Below are positions 29,524 to 38,750 of a stretch of DNA of 64,000 nucleotides, piece by piece. How positions within the stretch are numbered: the first letter of the stretch is position 1; every line of letters begins with the position of its first letter. The stretch lies in assembly GCA_902799835.1 (NCBI GenBank), contig CADCCF010000004.1, positions 150,032 through 214,031 on the forward strand, written 5' to 3'. Below the pieces are notes generated by a model, which was not told where the DNA came from, did not search any database, and saw only the letters and a program-made list of their open reading frames with translations. Position numbers and translations under genes: made by a program. The stretch comes from an uncultured Pseudomonadota bacterium (GTDB lineage: Bacteria > Pseudomonadota > Alphaproteobacteria > RF32 > CAG-239).

Positions 29524-29967
29524 TTATTTATCTCCTTTTGCTTCACCTTTTACTTTTTTATCAAAATTGTGACGATGATGTGGTTTTTTGTGATGAAATT
29601 CTTTACGAAATTCTTTTTTCATTTCTTCAAACTTTTCTTTCTGTTCAGCAGTCAAAATCTTTTCAAATTCCCCCATGTTTTCTTGACGTAATTTATCCAT
29701 TTTCTCATGCAAAGCTTTGCTCTCTTCCATCAAGGGTTTCATTTTTTCACGACCTTCTTCATGGATTTTTTTCGCCAAATCACGTTGTTCCTGGGTTAAT
29801 TGCAATTTGTCGGCCAATTCCTTTTGCATATCGCCCCGACGTCCTTTCATATGATGTTCAACCGGCGGAGGCGGCATGGTTTCATCAGCTTTTTCTTGAG
29901 CCCAAACATTTGAACTCATCATAACGGTCAAAGCACAAACTGTTGCTAATAAATATTTTTTCATCAA
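29524..29967 (-). CDS. Periplasmic Spy/CpxP/ZraP-family (LTxxQ motif) protein
   Basis: Signal peptide, two LTxxQ-like motifs (LQLTQEQRD, ILTAEQKEK) and a His-rich C-terminal tail. Confidence 0.5.
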   Translation of the reverse strand: MMKKYLLATVCALTVMMSSNVWAQEKADETMPPPPVEHHMKGRRGDMQKELADKLQLTQEQRDLAKKIHEEGREKMKPLMEESKALHEKMDKLRQENMGEFEKILTAEQKEKFEEMKKEFRKEFHHKKPHHRHNFDKKVKGEAKGDK

Positions 29968-30461
29968 TCTTCTCCTCTCAAAAAGTTTAATTTTTCAGCC
30001 AAAATTTTGCGAGCATTATGCAGTCTTGACTTGATGGTGCCCTCAGGTTCTCCCATGCGCTTGGCGATTTCGGCAATTGACATTTCCTCAAACTCAAACC
30101 AATAAATAACTTTACGCATTTTATTCGGCAACTCATCTATGGCTTTCAAGATTATTTTTTGTCTGGTTTTTGCGTCTATAACTTTATCAGTATTACTGAT
30201 AACCGCCTTGTTTTGCAAAACTTCATCAGCACAAACCTCTCTCGTTTGTTGGTGATAAGTTGAAGATTTAAAATAATCCAAACATACATTCTTAGCAATC
30301 TTTGCCAACCAAGACCTAAAGCTCCCCTGCTCCTGATAGGCATCCAGATTTTTCCAAGTCTTGATATAAACCTCTTGTTCCAAATCTTCATTATAGGAGC
30401 CGGTAACTTTTTTGATAATCGATTTAATCAATCCGCGATTTTGCGCTATAATTTTTTCCAT
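29964..30461 (-). CDS. ECF-type RNA polymerase sigma factor
   Basis: Sigma-70 regions 2 and 4 (YIKTWKNLDAYQE..., SIAEIAKRMGEPEGTIKSRLHNARK). Overlaps the Spy-like gene by 4 nt. Confidence 0.85.
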   Translation of the reverse strand: MEKIIAQNRGLIKSIIKKVTGSYNEDLEQEVYIKTWKNLDAYQEQGSFRSWLAKIAKNVCLDYFKSSTYHQQTREVCADEVLQNKAVISNTDKVIDAKTRQKIILKAIDELPNKMRKVIYWFEFEEMSIAEIAKRMGEPEGTIKSRLHNARKILAEKLNFLRGED

Positions 30462-30728
30462 CTAGCTGACCTTTAACAAACCATAGTCATCAACCGGCAA
30501 GCCCATTTCTTCAATAGAGCTTATTTGTTGATATTGCGCATCACCCAAGTCCCAATATGGAGAATAGGAATAATCTTGTTGTTGCGGCAGAAAAGCAAAT
30601 ATCAACAAAGATACAGCCAAAACCGAAGCCCCGGCCTTAATAATTTTATTACGGCGCTTGCGTTTGAAATAAAGCGGTTTTGCTTCTTGAATTAAATTCG
30701 AAATATCTTGCATATTTCCTCCTTTCAT
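30462..30728 (-). CDS. Small single-pass membrane protein, possible anti-sigma factor
   Basis: Sits immediately upstream of the ECF sigma gene. Start taken at MKGGNMQD. The longer ORF-track version would overlap tRNA-Gln. Confidence 0.35.
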   Translation of the reverse strand: MKGGNMQDISNLIQEAKPLYFKRKRRNKIIKAGASVLAVSLLIFAFLPQQQDYSYSPYWDLGDAQYQQISSIEEMGLPVDDYGLLKVS

Positions 30729-30841
30729 ACCACTTAAAACGATAGTAGATTTAAAAAGGTTCATTTGGCAACAAATTTTTTTCAAAAACACTCTTGCATT
30801 TAAAAACAAATTGCTGTATAGGATTGAGCAAACAGCACTAT

Positions 30842-30915
30842 TGCTTGATCGTCTAATGGTAGGACAGCGGACTCTGACTCCGTTAATCTTGGTTCGAATC
30901 CAGGTCAAGCAGCCA
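30842..30915 (+). tRNA. tRNA-Gln (anticodon CTG)
   Basis: Cloverleaf with U1:A72 pair. Anticodon loop CTCTGAC. T-loop TTCGAAT. Encoded CCA end. Terminator hairpin follows. Confidence 0.8.
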
Positions 30916-30945
30916 TAAAAATAGCACCCTTCATGGGTGTTTTTT
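30898..30945 (+). repeat. Direct repeat copy 1: tRNA-Gln 3' end plus terminator (ATCCAGGTCAAGCAGCCATAAAAATAGCACCCTTCATGGGTGTTTTT)
   Basis: Repeated exactly at 31056..31102. Confidence 0.8.
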
Positions 30946-30957
30946 TATGGATGTTTA

Positions 30958-31035
30958 ACCATTGGATTTGAACCAACCGTTCGGAATCGCATCACGATCC
31001 GTAAGTGCATCTGCGCTTGTGGCGAAGTGGTAAGA
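30958..31035 (-). pseudogene. tRNA fragment (T-arm GGTTCAAATCC only), probably a degraded tRNA
   Basis: The reverse strand has a canonical T-arm but no matching acceptor 5' strand. Confidence 0.3.
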
Positions 31036-31055
31036 TCATCGGGCTTGCCCGATAC

Positions 31056-31102
31056 ATCCAGGTCAAGCAGCCATAAAAATAGCACCCTTCATGGGTGTTT
31101 TT
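31056..31102 (+). repeat. Direct repeat copy 2 of the tRNA-Gln 3' end plus terminator
   Basis: Identical 47-bp copy without the tRNA body. Confidence 0.8.
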
Positions 31103-31124
31103 AATTATCTTTTTTAATTGTACC

Positions 31125-31628
31125 CTAGCCTAATAAAGAAGTTTTTTCCGCAATCATTGCCGCAATCAGATTAACATCTTCTGTTTTTAGGGCATATAAA
31201 GCTATTGAAAAAGGCGTAAAATCTGACTTTGCACACCATTTTTGCATCAGATTAAATTTATAACGGATAGGCTTTTTGGTACGAATTGCAATAATCGGCA
31301 ATTTCTTAAAGCAACAATGAGCAATTTTGAATTCGGCAAAAGCCACCATTCTCCAAGGTAACGGCCGACAATGATCAATTTTTATATATTTATCGTCAAT
31401 CACTACCATTACATGTTTGCATAAATATTTTATTGCCCACAGCGTAAAAGAGTAAAAACAACAAAACAGCAATCCCCAAATTTGCCACCAATAAATTATT
31501 ACCGGATAACACCAAATACAGTGAATCATAAATGCCAACAACAAAACAGTCAACCCTAACCAAACATAATTAGGCTTAAAATGATAGTAAAAAACTTGTT
31601 GTTGAATATCTTTTTTCATACGCTCCAC
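31125..31628 (-). CDS. Integral membrane protein (hypothetical, 167 aa)
   Basis: Three predicted TM helices. No family recognised. Confidence 0.4.
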   Translation of the reverse strand: MERMKKDIQQQVFYYHFKPNYVWLGLTVLLLAFMIHCIWCYPVIIYWWQIWGLLFCCFYSFTLWAIKYLCKHVMVVIDDKYIKIDHCRPLPWRMVAFAEFKIAHCCFKKLPIIAIRTKKPIRYKFNLMQKWCAKSDFTPFSIALYALKTEDVNLIAAMIAEKTSLLG

Positions 31629-31699
31629 CTTATATTATTGCAGTTTAGCACAAGCAACCACGATTGTCAAATTAAGCAAACATTTTTTACAAAAAACTC

Positions 31700-31729
31700 T
31701 TGACTCTTTAATAAAAGCGCATTAATAAT
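31700..31729 (+). promoter_or_regulatory. Candidate sigma-70 promoter and L10 leader region for rplJL
   Basis: TTGACT, 18 nt, AATAAT. About 230 nt of structured leader precede rplJ. Confidence 0.4.
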
Positions 31730-31957
31730 CACCGCAAGTGAGTTGATTTATACAAATTTGCTCACCCTGTCCGAGACTGCAGGTAGGCTGTTTATCAGAC
31801 TTTAATGTCCTGCATAGATGGGGGTAAATGTGATTTCAATCAAATTTTCTCCAAGGACAGTTTAGGTTTCATCTTTTGGTATGAAAATACCAAATGGTGA
31901 TGTGTGGTTAAAAAGTTTTTCTTAAATAAAAGAAAAACACTTATTGGAGACACTCAA

Positions 31958-32440
31958 GTGAACCGTGAAGAAAAAGCACAATTACTGGCTGAACTTCAAG
32001 AGATGTTCAACAATTCGGAAACAGTCGTTATCTCTCACTACAAGGGATTGACCGTTGCCGAGGTTTCCAAGCTGCGCGATGATATTCGCAAAGCCGGAGC
32101 CAGTTTTAGAGTTACTAAAAACCGGATTACTCGTCTTGCTCTGAAAGACACCAAGTTTGCAGCATTGGCTGATTTGATGACCGGACCGACAGCGATTGCT
32201 TTCGCTAATGATCCTATTTCAGCTTGCAAAGCTTGTGTTGAATTTGCCAAAACCAATGAAAAATTGGTCGTCTTGGGCGGTGCCAACTCAAACGGAGTTT
32301 TGTCAATTGATGACATCAAACGTTTGGCTTCTCTGCCTTCCATGGACGAACTCAGAGCCAAAATCATTGGTTTGGTTCAGGCACCTGCTGCCAAATTGGC
32401 ACGTTGCGCCAAGGCATACAGCGAGAAAGAAGCAGCTTAG
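31958..32440 (+). CDS. rplJ: 50S ribosomal protein L10
   Basis: GTG start with GGAGA ribosome-binding site. L10 motifs. Confidence 0.9.
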   Translation: MNREEKAQLLAELQEMFNNSETVVISHYKGLTVAEVSKLRDDIRKAGASFRVTKNRITRLALKDTKFAALADLMTGPTAIAFANDPISACKACVEFAKTNEKLVVLGGANSNGVLSIDDIKRLASLPSMDELRAKIIGLVQAPAAKLARCAKAYSEKEAA

Positions 32441-32498
32441 GCTTTGCTTCTGTTAAGGTTTTTATTTTAGTTAAATTTTATTTTATTGGAGAAAAAAA

Positions 32499-32873
32499 AT
32501 GGCCGATTTAGCCAAATTAGTAGATGAATTGTCAGCTTTGACCATTATGGAAGCTGCTGACCTTGCAAAAATGTTAGAAGAAAAATGGGGCGTTTCTGCC
32601 GCTGCTGCTGTTGCAGTTGCTGGTGCTCCTGCTGCTGGCGGCGCTGCCGGTGGTGAAGAAAAGACCGAATTTGATGTTGTTTTGGCCGAAGCTGGTGCTA
32701 ACAAGATCAACGTTATTAAAGAAGTTCGCGCTATTACCGGATTGGGCTTGAAAGAAGCCAAAGATTTAGTTGACGGTGCTCCTAAGACCGTTAAAGAAGG
32801 CGTTGCCAAAGCCGAAGCCGAAGAAATGAAGAAGAAATTGGAAGAAGCTGGCGCTAAAGTTGAATTGAAGTAA
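32499..32873 (+). CDS. rplL: 50S ribosomal protein L7/L12
   Basis: Ala-rich hinge. C-terminal [22 protein letters not shown]. Confidence 0.95.
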   Translation: MADLAKLVDELSALTIMEAADLAKMLEEKWGVSAAAAVAVAGAPAAGGAAGGEEKTEFDVVLAEAGANKINVIKEVRAITGLGLKEAKDLVDGAPKTVKEGVAKAEAEEMKKKLEEAGAKVELK

Positions 32874-32891
32874 TTACTTTAATTTATACCC

Positions 32892-32929
32892 AAAATCCCC
32901 TTATACCCAACGGTATAAGGGGATTTTTT
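32892..32929 (+). terminator. Rho-independent terminator after rplL
   Basis: AAAATCCCCTTATACCCAACGGTATAAGGGGATTTTTT. Confidence 0.7.
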
Positions 32930-32931
32930 CA

Positions 32932-33321
32932 TTACCAATAGCCATTATCATCTGCGTAATGCGGAATATTGGCAACATAAATCACATCTTCCGGCAACAC
33001 ATAAACACCGTGTTTTTTGAGTTTTTGAATGACTTCAAAAGGCACTTTCCATGTTACCTTTTTTTCAATGGCGTGCAAACACAACCGAAAAGAAGATAAC
33101 ACTCCCGAAACAATCGAAGTAGGCTGATGTAAACTCATGCATTTTATCTGTTGTCGCAAAAGTGCGATCATCTGTTCCTTGTTGCGGGCATTTAATGCAA
33201 TTGGTTCGACAATAGTTCCATCACTCATTTTAAGGTCATGCAACCAAAAATAACCATTAGGAAGATTATCAAACTCCTTACTGCCGGCAAGAGGAAGCAA
33301 AGCTATATTTTTTAGTGTACT
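32932..33321 (-). CDS. Hypothetical protein (129 aa)
   Basis: ORF with start at MSTLKN. No recognised domain. Confidence 0.35.
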   Translation of the reverse strand, partial: STLKNIALLPLAGSKEFDNLPNGYFWLHDLKMSDGTIVEPIALNARNKEQMIALLRQQIKCMSLHQPTSIVSGVLSSFRLCLHAIEKKVTWKVPFEVIQKLKKHGVYVLPEDVIYVANIPHYADDNGYW

Positions 33322-33481
33322 CATAAGGAATAATTTTATAATTGTTATTTCATATCTCAAATTTAGAAAATCATGCTGCTCTGGTCAATTAACTTTTTGT
33401 TGAATAATATTTCATTGCTTTTTAAGTAAAAATTAGGAGTTAATAAAATATAATATGGCCTACAATTAAGGAGTATGAAAT

Positions 33482-34174
33482 ATGCGGCATATCTTTTTTG
33501 TAGTGGCTTTGCTGACAGGTTTCTGTTTTACTTTCAACATTAAGGCTGCCGATTATCATAATGAAAAAATCAAAGCTTTTGTAGAACAAACGCCGCGTAA
33601 TGTTGAAAATCGAATATCAACTTTGGCTGAATACTTGACCAAACCCTATAACAATAGCTATGATAAAGCTAAAGCTATTGCTTTTTGGATTGCCGGACAC
33701 ATCAATTACGACAGTTATCTTTATAACAATGGAAAAACCACCAAATTGTTAAACTCCTACATGGGACAAAGCGCTAACGATTTATTGAAATCGCGTGTTG
33801 GAATTTGTGGTGATTTTGCCGAACTGTTTGCTACTTTATGCCGTGCCGCCGGCATAAAAGCAGCTAAAGTTCATGGCTATGCTTATTCGAATGATGGGTA
33901 TCTTTCAACCAAAGAGTTGCAAAACTCCGGTCATGCTTGGAACTATTTTCTCTACAAAAATAAAAAAATTTATGTTGATACTACTTTTATGGCTAAAGGA
34001 CGCACTAAATTATCCGGACGTCCCACTAACCTCAGACACCGTCGTGCCCTAAAAGAAATTCGCCGTGACAACAAATATAACAGTCAAATGAACGATTTTG
34101 ACGATTACTATTTTGATTTTTCATACCGACAAGAAGAACGCGAGCGCGGATATAAGCACCAGGAAATGCGCTAA
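33482..34174 (+). CDS. Secreted transglutaminase-like cysteine peptidase family protein
   Basis: Signal peptide. Catalytic core GICGDFAELFATLCRAAGI ... GHAWN (Cys-His-Asp type). Confidence 0.55.
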   Translation: MRHIFFVVALLTGFCFTFNIKAADYHNEKIKAFVEQTPRNVENRISTLAEYLTKPYNNSYDKAKAIAFWIAGHINYDSYLYNNGKTTKLLNSYMGQSANDLLKSRVGICGDFAELFATLCRAAGIKAAKVHGYAYSNDGYLSTKELQNSGHAWNYFLYKNKKIYVDTTFMAKGRTKLSGRPTNLRHRRALKEIRRDNKYNSQMNDFDDYYFDFSYRQEERERGYKHQEMR

Positions 34175-34953
34175 ATTGCCAATGACATTTGAATATTGAG
34201 CGCATCCATGCGTTTTTTAGCCAAATCACAATAAATTTTATCGCTATCGACACCGACAAATTTGCAACCATGTTTCAAGGCGGCAACACCGGTAGTGCCA
34301 CTTCCCATAAACGGATCAAAAACCACCGCCCCCGGCTTAGCTGAAGCTTGGATAATACGCTCCAACAATGCCAAAGGTTTTTGCGTCGGATGTCGACCAA
34401 ACTTTTTTTCCTCAGGCGGAGTTGCCGCAATCGCCCAAACCGTGCGCATTTGTTTGCCGTCTTTTTTCAAGATATCTTTGGGAAAATTGCCGTCTTTCAT
34501 AGCCTTATAGTTGAAATAATGCTTTGCTTTATAATTTTTACGCGCCCATATCAGGCTTTCGTGACTGGCGGTAAAATACTTGCAACTCAAATTAGGACTG
34601 GCATTAGGCTTAAACCAAACAATTTCATTTAGGATATGAATGCCTAACATCTGCATGGCATAACCGCAAGGATGAATCGAGTGATAGGTGCCGGAAACCC
34701 ACAAAGTTCCGTCTTTTTTTAAAAGGCGTTGACACTCCTGCAACCATCTTTTGTGAAATTCAAAATTGGCTTGGGCACCTTGACAAGCATCCCACTTTCC
34801 CTTATTAATCTTTACTAATCTGCCACTTTGGCAGCTGGTACCAACATTAGAAATCATATAAGGAGGATCGGCGAAAATCACATCAAAACTTTCGTCTGGT
34901 AACTTACTCATCACCGCAAAAGTATCATCATTATAAATCGTATAATCAGCCAT
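34171..34953 (-). CDS. DNA methyltransferase, beta-class (N6-adenine or N4-cytosine), short form
   Basis: DPPY motif IV near the N-terminus (VIFADPPY). C-terminal AdoMet motif I (VFDPFMGSGTTG). 260 aa, so it lacks a CcrM-type C-terminal extension. Confidence 0.8.
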   Translation of the reverse strand: MADYTIYNDDTFAVMSKLPDESFDVIFADPPYMISNVGTSCQSGRLVKINKGKWDACQGAQANFEFHKRWLQECQRLLKKDGTLWVSGTYHSIHPCGYAMQMLGIHILNEIVWFKPNASPNLSCKYFTASHESLIWARKNYKAKHYFNYKAMKDGNFPKDILKKDGKQMRTVWAIAATPPEEKKFGRHPTQKPLALLERIIQASAKPGAVVFDPFMGSGTTGVAALKHGCKFVGVDSDKIYCDLAKKRMDALNIQMSLAI

Positions 34954-35116
34954 AGCAATTCCTTCTACATCTTAAGAGGTTGCAAAGATTAATATAACAG
35001 ATGCTATCAATATCGTAAATATCCACTTTTTTGATATGTGTTCATAATTCTTTATTTTAACACCTATAAGTTGCAAAAACTTATTTGTCAACATAATCCA
35101 AACTACCACTGATAAA

Positions 35117-36160
35117 TCAGTCTCTGATAGACCGAGACTTCCTGTTTTTTATGATATCCTGTTTAATTTTATCCCACATTTTGCAACCATTTTGCTCAAT
35201 TTTCTTAAAAAATCTTTTTATAAACGCATTATTGCCACAAATTAAATCTTCAACCGAGGGGAGATTTTTACTGGATATTGAATTTTTTATTCCGTTAACT
35301 ATTACATTCTCTGACATTAAAGCCCACATTCTACCATTAAAATTAAGTCCTTTCGTTAGAGGACTATACCCTAAAAAATCATGAGAATCGATTTCTTTAC
35401 CTAAAGATAATGCCAATATTAAACTTCCTCGTCCTTTTGGAAAATAGCTGAACAAAAAACCACCGTCTGATTTAAATTTACTGCGACATGCTTTACTATA
35501 ATAACTTTTTACCAATTTATAGAAATTATTATGTTCATATCTTCTTTCATCATTAAACCATCTTAACACGTGGTTTCTTTCGTTATCATCAATTACCCCA
35601 AAAGATATTATAGTAGATTTTGAATTTCCAAATCCGGCTCTTGGCGCAAAGGCAACACATAACAATTCATGTTGAATTTGTTCTCTTTCCTCTTTACTAT
35701 AACCAAGTTCTTGCATTTTATCTTGCATTATTTTTTCGAGTTTGGGTACAACTTCGGTTCCGCGGCAATGAGCAACAACAGTTATCTTACGAACTCGGTT
35801 GCATGCTTCTGTTGAGGATAAGCGTTGTCCATATTCATCAACAATACGAGGTAAGAAAACTTTATCAAAAATATCTTGAATATAGCCAGGACATTCTTTC
35901 TTTTCTTCTTTTGAAAAATTACAAGATCTATAAACTACAGAATACATCCTTACACTTTTATCAAGATTATGTCTTTTTAATAATTTTTTTAATACAGACA
36001 AATAGCCGTTACTGGCTTCAGATGCACTTGAGCCATCCCCTCCAAAAACAATTAAGGCAGGTGTATTTACATCTATTGATTCTACATACTTAAAACCATA
36101 AATAGCTTCTTCATTACCCACTTTTTCACCAATGGCAACTGTGCTTTCATCTTCTTGCAT
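35117..36160 (-). CDS. Hypothetical protein (347 aa) upstream of the methyltransferase
   Basis: No clear family. GGDGS-containing segment. Lys-rich. Confidence 0.4.
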   Translation of the reverse strand: MQEDESTVAIGEKVGNEEAIYGFKYVESIDVNTPALIVFGGDGSSASEASNGYLSVLKKLLKRHNLDKSVRMYSVVYRSCNFSKEEKKECPGYIQDIFDKVFLPRIVDEYGQRLSSTEACNRVRKITVVAHCRGTEVVPKLEKIMQDKMQELGYSKEEREQIQHELLCVAFAPRAGFGNSKSTIISFGVIDDNERNHVLRWFNDERRYEHNNFYKLVKSYYSKACRSKFKSDGGFLFSYFPKGRGSLILALSLGKEIDSHDFLGYSPLTKGLNFNGRMWALMSENVIVNGIKNSISSKNLPSVEDLICGNNAFIKRFFKKIEQNGCKMWDKIKQDIIKNRKSRSIRD

Positions 36161-36345
36161 AGGTACCTCCTACATATATATCATATTACCATATTTGCAA
36201 AAAACTTACAATATAAAGTTTACAAAACAGGTTAGAGATAAATAAAAAATCATTGGCATAATTAAGCATATCAAAAAAGAGAGAAATTTTATGCAATTTT
36301 CTCTCTTTTTCGCAATTTTGGTTTTAAATAATATTTTACGAGATT

Positions 36346-38736
36346 TTAAGCATCACGAAGAATGGCGTTACACTTGCTTTTCTCTGCCTGCTCTACTTTA
36401 CTCATTAAGGTTTCAATATCCTTATCGGTAAATGAAGTTTCCCATGGTTGGAAAGTTAAAGTCAAAGCAACTGACTTTTTACCCTGCTCCATATTTTCAC
36501 CTTCATATACATCAAAAATACGAACATCAGTGATGTAACGCTTATCAGCATTACGTGCTGCGGCCAGTATGTCATCTGCTTTGACACTTGCATCAACAAT
36601 AAATGCCATATCCTTGTCAACCGGTTGAAAAGCGGATAACTCGAGTTTTTTCTTAGCTTTGTCTTGGCTTGCACGCGGCAATGGAATATTATCCAACATT
36701 ACCTCAAAAGCCACAACCCGCTGTTTGATACCGAATTTCTTTAAAACAATCGGATGCAACTCCCCAAAATAAGCAATCACATTAGCTCCCAAGCGTAAAG
36801 CACCGGAGCGTCCGGGATGATAATAAGCCGGAGCATCCATACTTATGCGCGCCGAATCAAACGGACCATTAGCCGCAGCAATAGCCGCTATAGCATCTGC
36901 CTTAACATCAAATACGTCAAAATTACGATTTTCTTTGAGCCAATGTTTTTTACTTGTTTGTCCGCAGCGCACTCCTGCGGCAATCAATTTTTGTTCGCCC
37001 GGATGACAACCGAAAAATTCCGGTCCACATTCAAACAAATTGATATTGCCATAACCTCTGGCGATATTGTTCTTAACTCCGATTAACAAATTAACCAATA
37101 ACGATGGGCGCATCTCGCCCAACTCCTCGGTAATCGGATTGCAAATCTCGATTGCTTTATCCGAACGACGAAAATACTTGGCTAATTTGCCATCGGTAAA
37201 ACTCCAAGTAACTGTCTCTAGCAATCCGCGTGCGGCTAACTCATGTTTTACTGTAACCGTGCGACGCTGTGAAGCTGTCAAAGTCTGTTTGGGAAAATAG
37301 CCCTTTTCCATAGAAGCGGCCGGAATATTATCCAAACCGATCATTCGTACAACTTCCTCAACCAAGTCATGTTCACCTTCAATATCGCCGCGCCAAGTAG
37401 GTGATGTTGCCCAAATCTTATCGCCTTGCGTCTCTACCTTGAAACCCAAACGTTCCAAAATTTCAACAATTTTAGAGGGCGCAACCTCAATTCCGATAAA
37501 ATCTTTTATCCTTTGCGGACGAATAAAGGTTTTAACCGGAGTATAATTTTCATCACCGGCAATTTCCAATTCTGAAGGCTCACCACCGCAAATATCCAAA
37601 ATCATCTTGGTGGCATATTCACAACCGCTCACATTAGAGCAAGGATCAACCCAACGCTCATAACGATAACGAGAATCTGAATCAATCTGAAACTTGCGTC
37701 CGGTACGAGCAATGCAAACCGGATTAAATAAGGCACTCTCTAAAAATACATTAGTTGTATCTCCAGAGCAACCCTTGGCAATTCCGCCCATAATACCGCC
37801 CAAACACTGAATACCTTCATCATCACAAATTCCTAATGATTGAGTATCAAGATTATAAACTTTTTCTTCTAAAGACTCAAACCCCTCGCCGTCTTTGGCC
37901 ATACGTACGCAAATATTACCTTTTAATTTGTCTGCATCAAACACATGTAACGGACGCGCCATATCATAATTGATATAGTTGGTAATATCGACTAATGGTG
38001 AAATCGAGCGCAAACCGATTGCTTCCAAGCGTTTTTTCATCCAATCGGGAGTTTTGGCTTTATTATTTACCTTCCTGATATAGCGACCAACATAATTCGG
38101 ACAAGCTTTGTTTTCTTCAATTTTTACTTTAATCGGAGAAGTAAATTTACCCTCAATTTTCTTAATATCTAAAGGTTTTAATTTACCCAAACCGGCTGCC
38201 GCCAAATCACGCGCCACACCACGCACCCCCAAACATTCGGCACGATTAGGCGTAATATTGATATCAAATACCGGATCAGCGGCGTAAACTTGTGCCAAAC
38301 TCAAACCAATCTCAGCATTTGCCGGAAGTTCGATAATTCCTTCATGATCAGAACCAACCCCGATTTCGTCTTCGGCACACATCATACCGAAACTCTCTAC
38401 TCCGCGAACTTTGCCAACTTTTATCTTATCATTAAACAGTGGAATATACGCCCCAACATGAGCAAGAATACCCATCATACCTTTCTTTACATTGGGTGCC
38501 CCACAAACAATTTGCAAAATTTCTTTGCCATCATTAACCTTTAAAACATGCAAGTGATCAGAATCAGGATGATCGCTTACCTCCTCAACTTTTGCCGTAC
38601 AAAAACCCTCCATATCGGCAAGCGGATTTATCACTTCCTCAACTTCCAAACCGATTTTGGTTAAGGTTTCGGAAATTTCATCAACCGAAGCTGAAGTATC
38701 AAGATGTTCTTTTAACCATGATAATGTAAATTTCAT
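36346..38736 (-). CDS. pheT: Phenylalanine--tRNA ligase beta subunit
   Basis: 796 aa. N-terminal tRNA-binding domain, B3/B4 and B5 domains, C-terminal FDX-ACB domain. Confidence 0.95.
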   Translation of the reverse strand: MKFTLSWLKEHLDTSASVDEISETLTKIGLEVEEVINPLADMEGFCTAKVEEVSDHPDSDHLHVLKVNDGKEILQIVCGAPNVKKGMMGILAHVGAYIPLFNDKIKVGKVRGVESFGMMCAEDEIGVGSDHEGIIELPANAEIGLSLAQVYAADPVFDINITPNRAECLGVRGVARDLAAAGLGKLKPLDIKKIEGKFTSPIKVKIEENKACPNYVGRYIRKVNNKAKTPDWMKKRLEAIGLRSISPLVDITNYINYDMARPLHVFDADKLKGNICVRMAKDGEGFESLEEKVYNLDTQSLGICDDEGIQCLGGIMGGIAKGCSGDTTNVFLESALFNPVCIARTGRKFQIDSDSRYRYERWVDPCSNVSGCEYATKMILDICGGEPSELEIAGDENYTPVKTFIRPQRIKDFIGIEVAPSKIVEILERLGFKVETQGDKIWATSPTWRGDIEGEHDLVEEVVRMIGLDNIPAASMEKGYFPKQTLTASQRRTVTVKHELAARGLLETVTWSFTDGKLAKYFRRSDKAIEICNPITEELGEMRPSLLVNLLIGVKNNIARGYGNINLFECGPEFFGCHPGEQKLIAAGVRCGQTSKKHWLKENRNFDVFDVKADAIAAIAAANGPFDSARISMDAPAYYHPGRSGALRLGANVIAYFGELHPIVLKKFGIKQRVVAFEVMLDNIPLPRASQDKAKKKLELSAFQPVDKDMAFIVDASVKADDILAAARNADKRYITDVRIFDVYEGENMEQGKKSVALTLTFQPWETSFTDKDIETLMSKVEQAEKSKCNAILRDA

Positions 38737-38750
38737 TTTTATTATCCTCC

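Noticed and set aside
30729-30908. N-terminal extension of the ORF upstream of the ECF sigma gene
   Set aside because: It would overlap the tRNA-Gln gene (30842..30915) on the opposite strand. The internal Met at 30728 gives a sensible small membrane protein.
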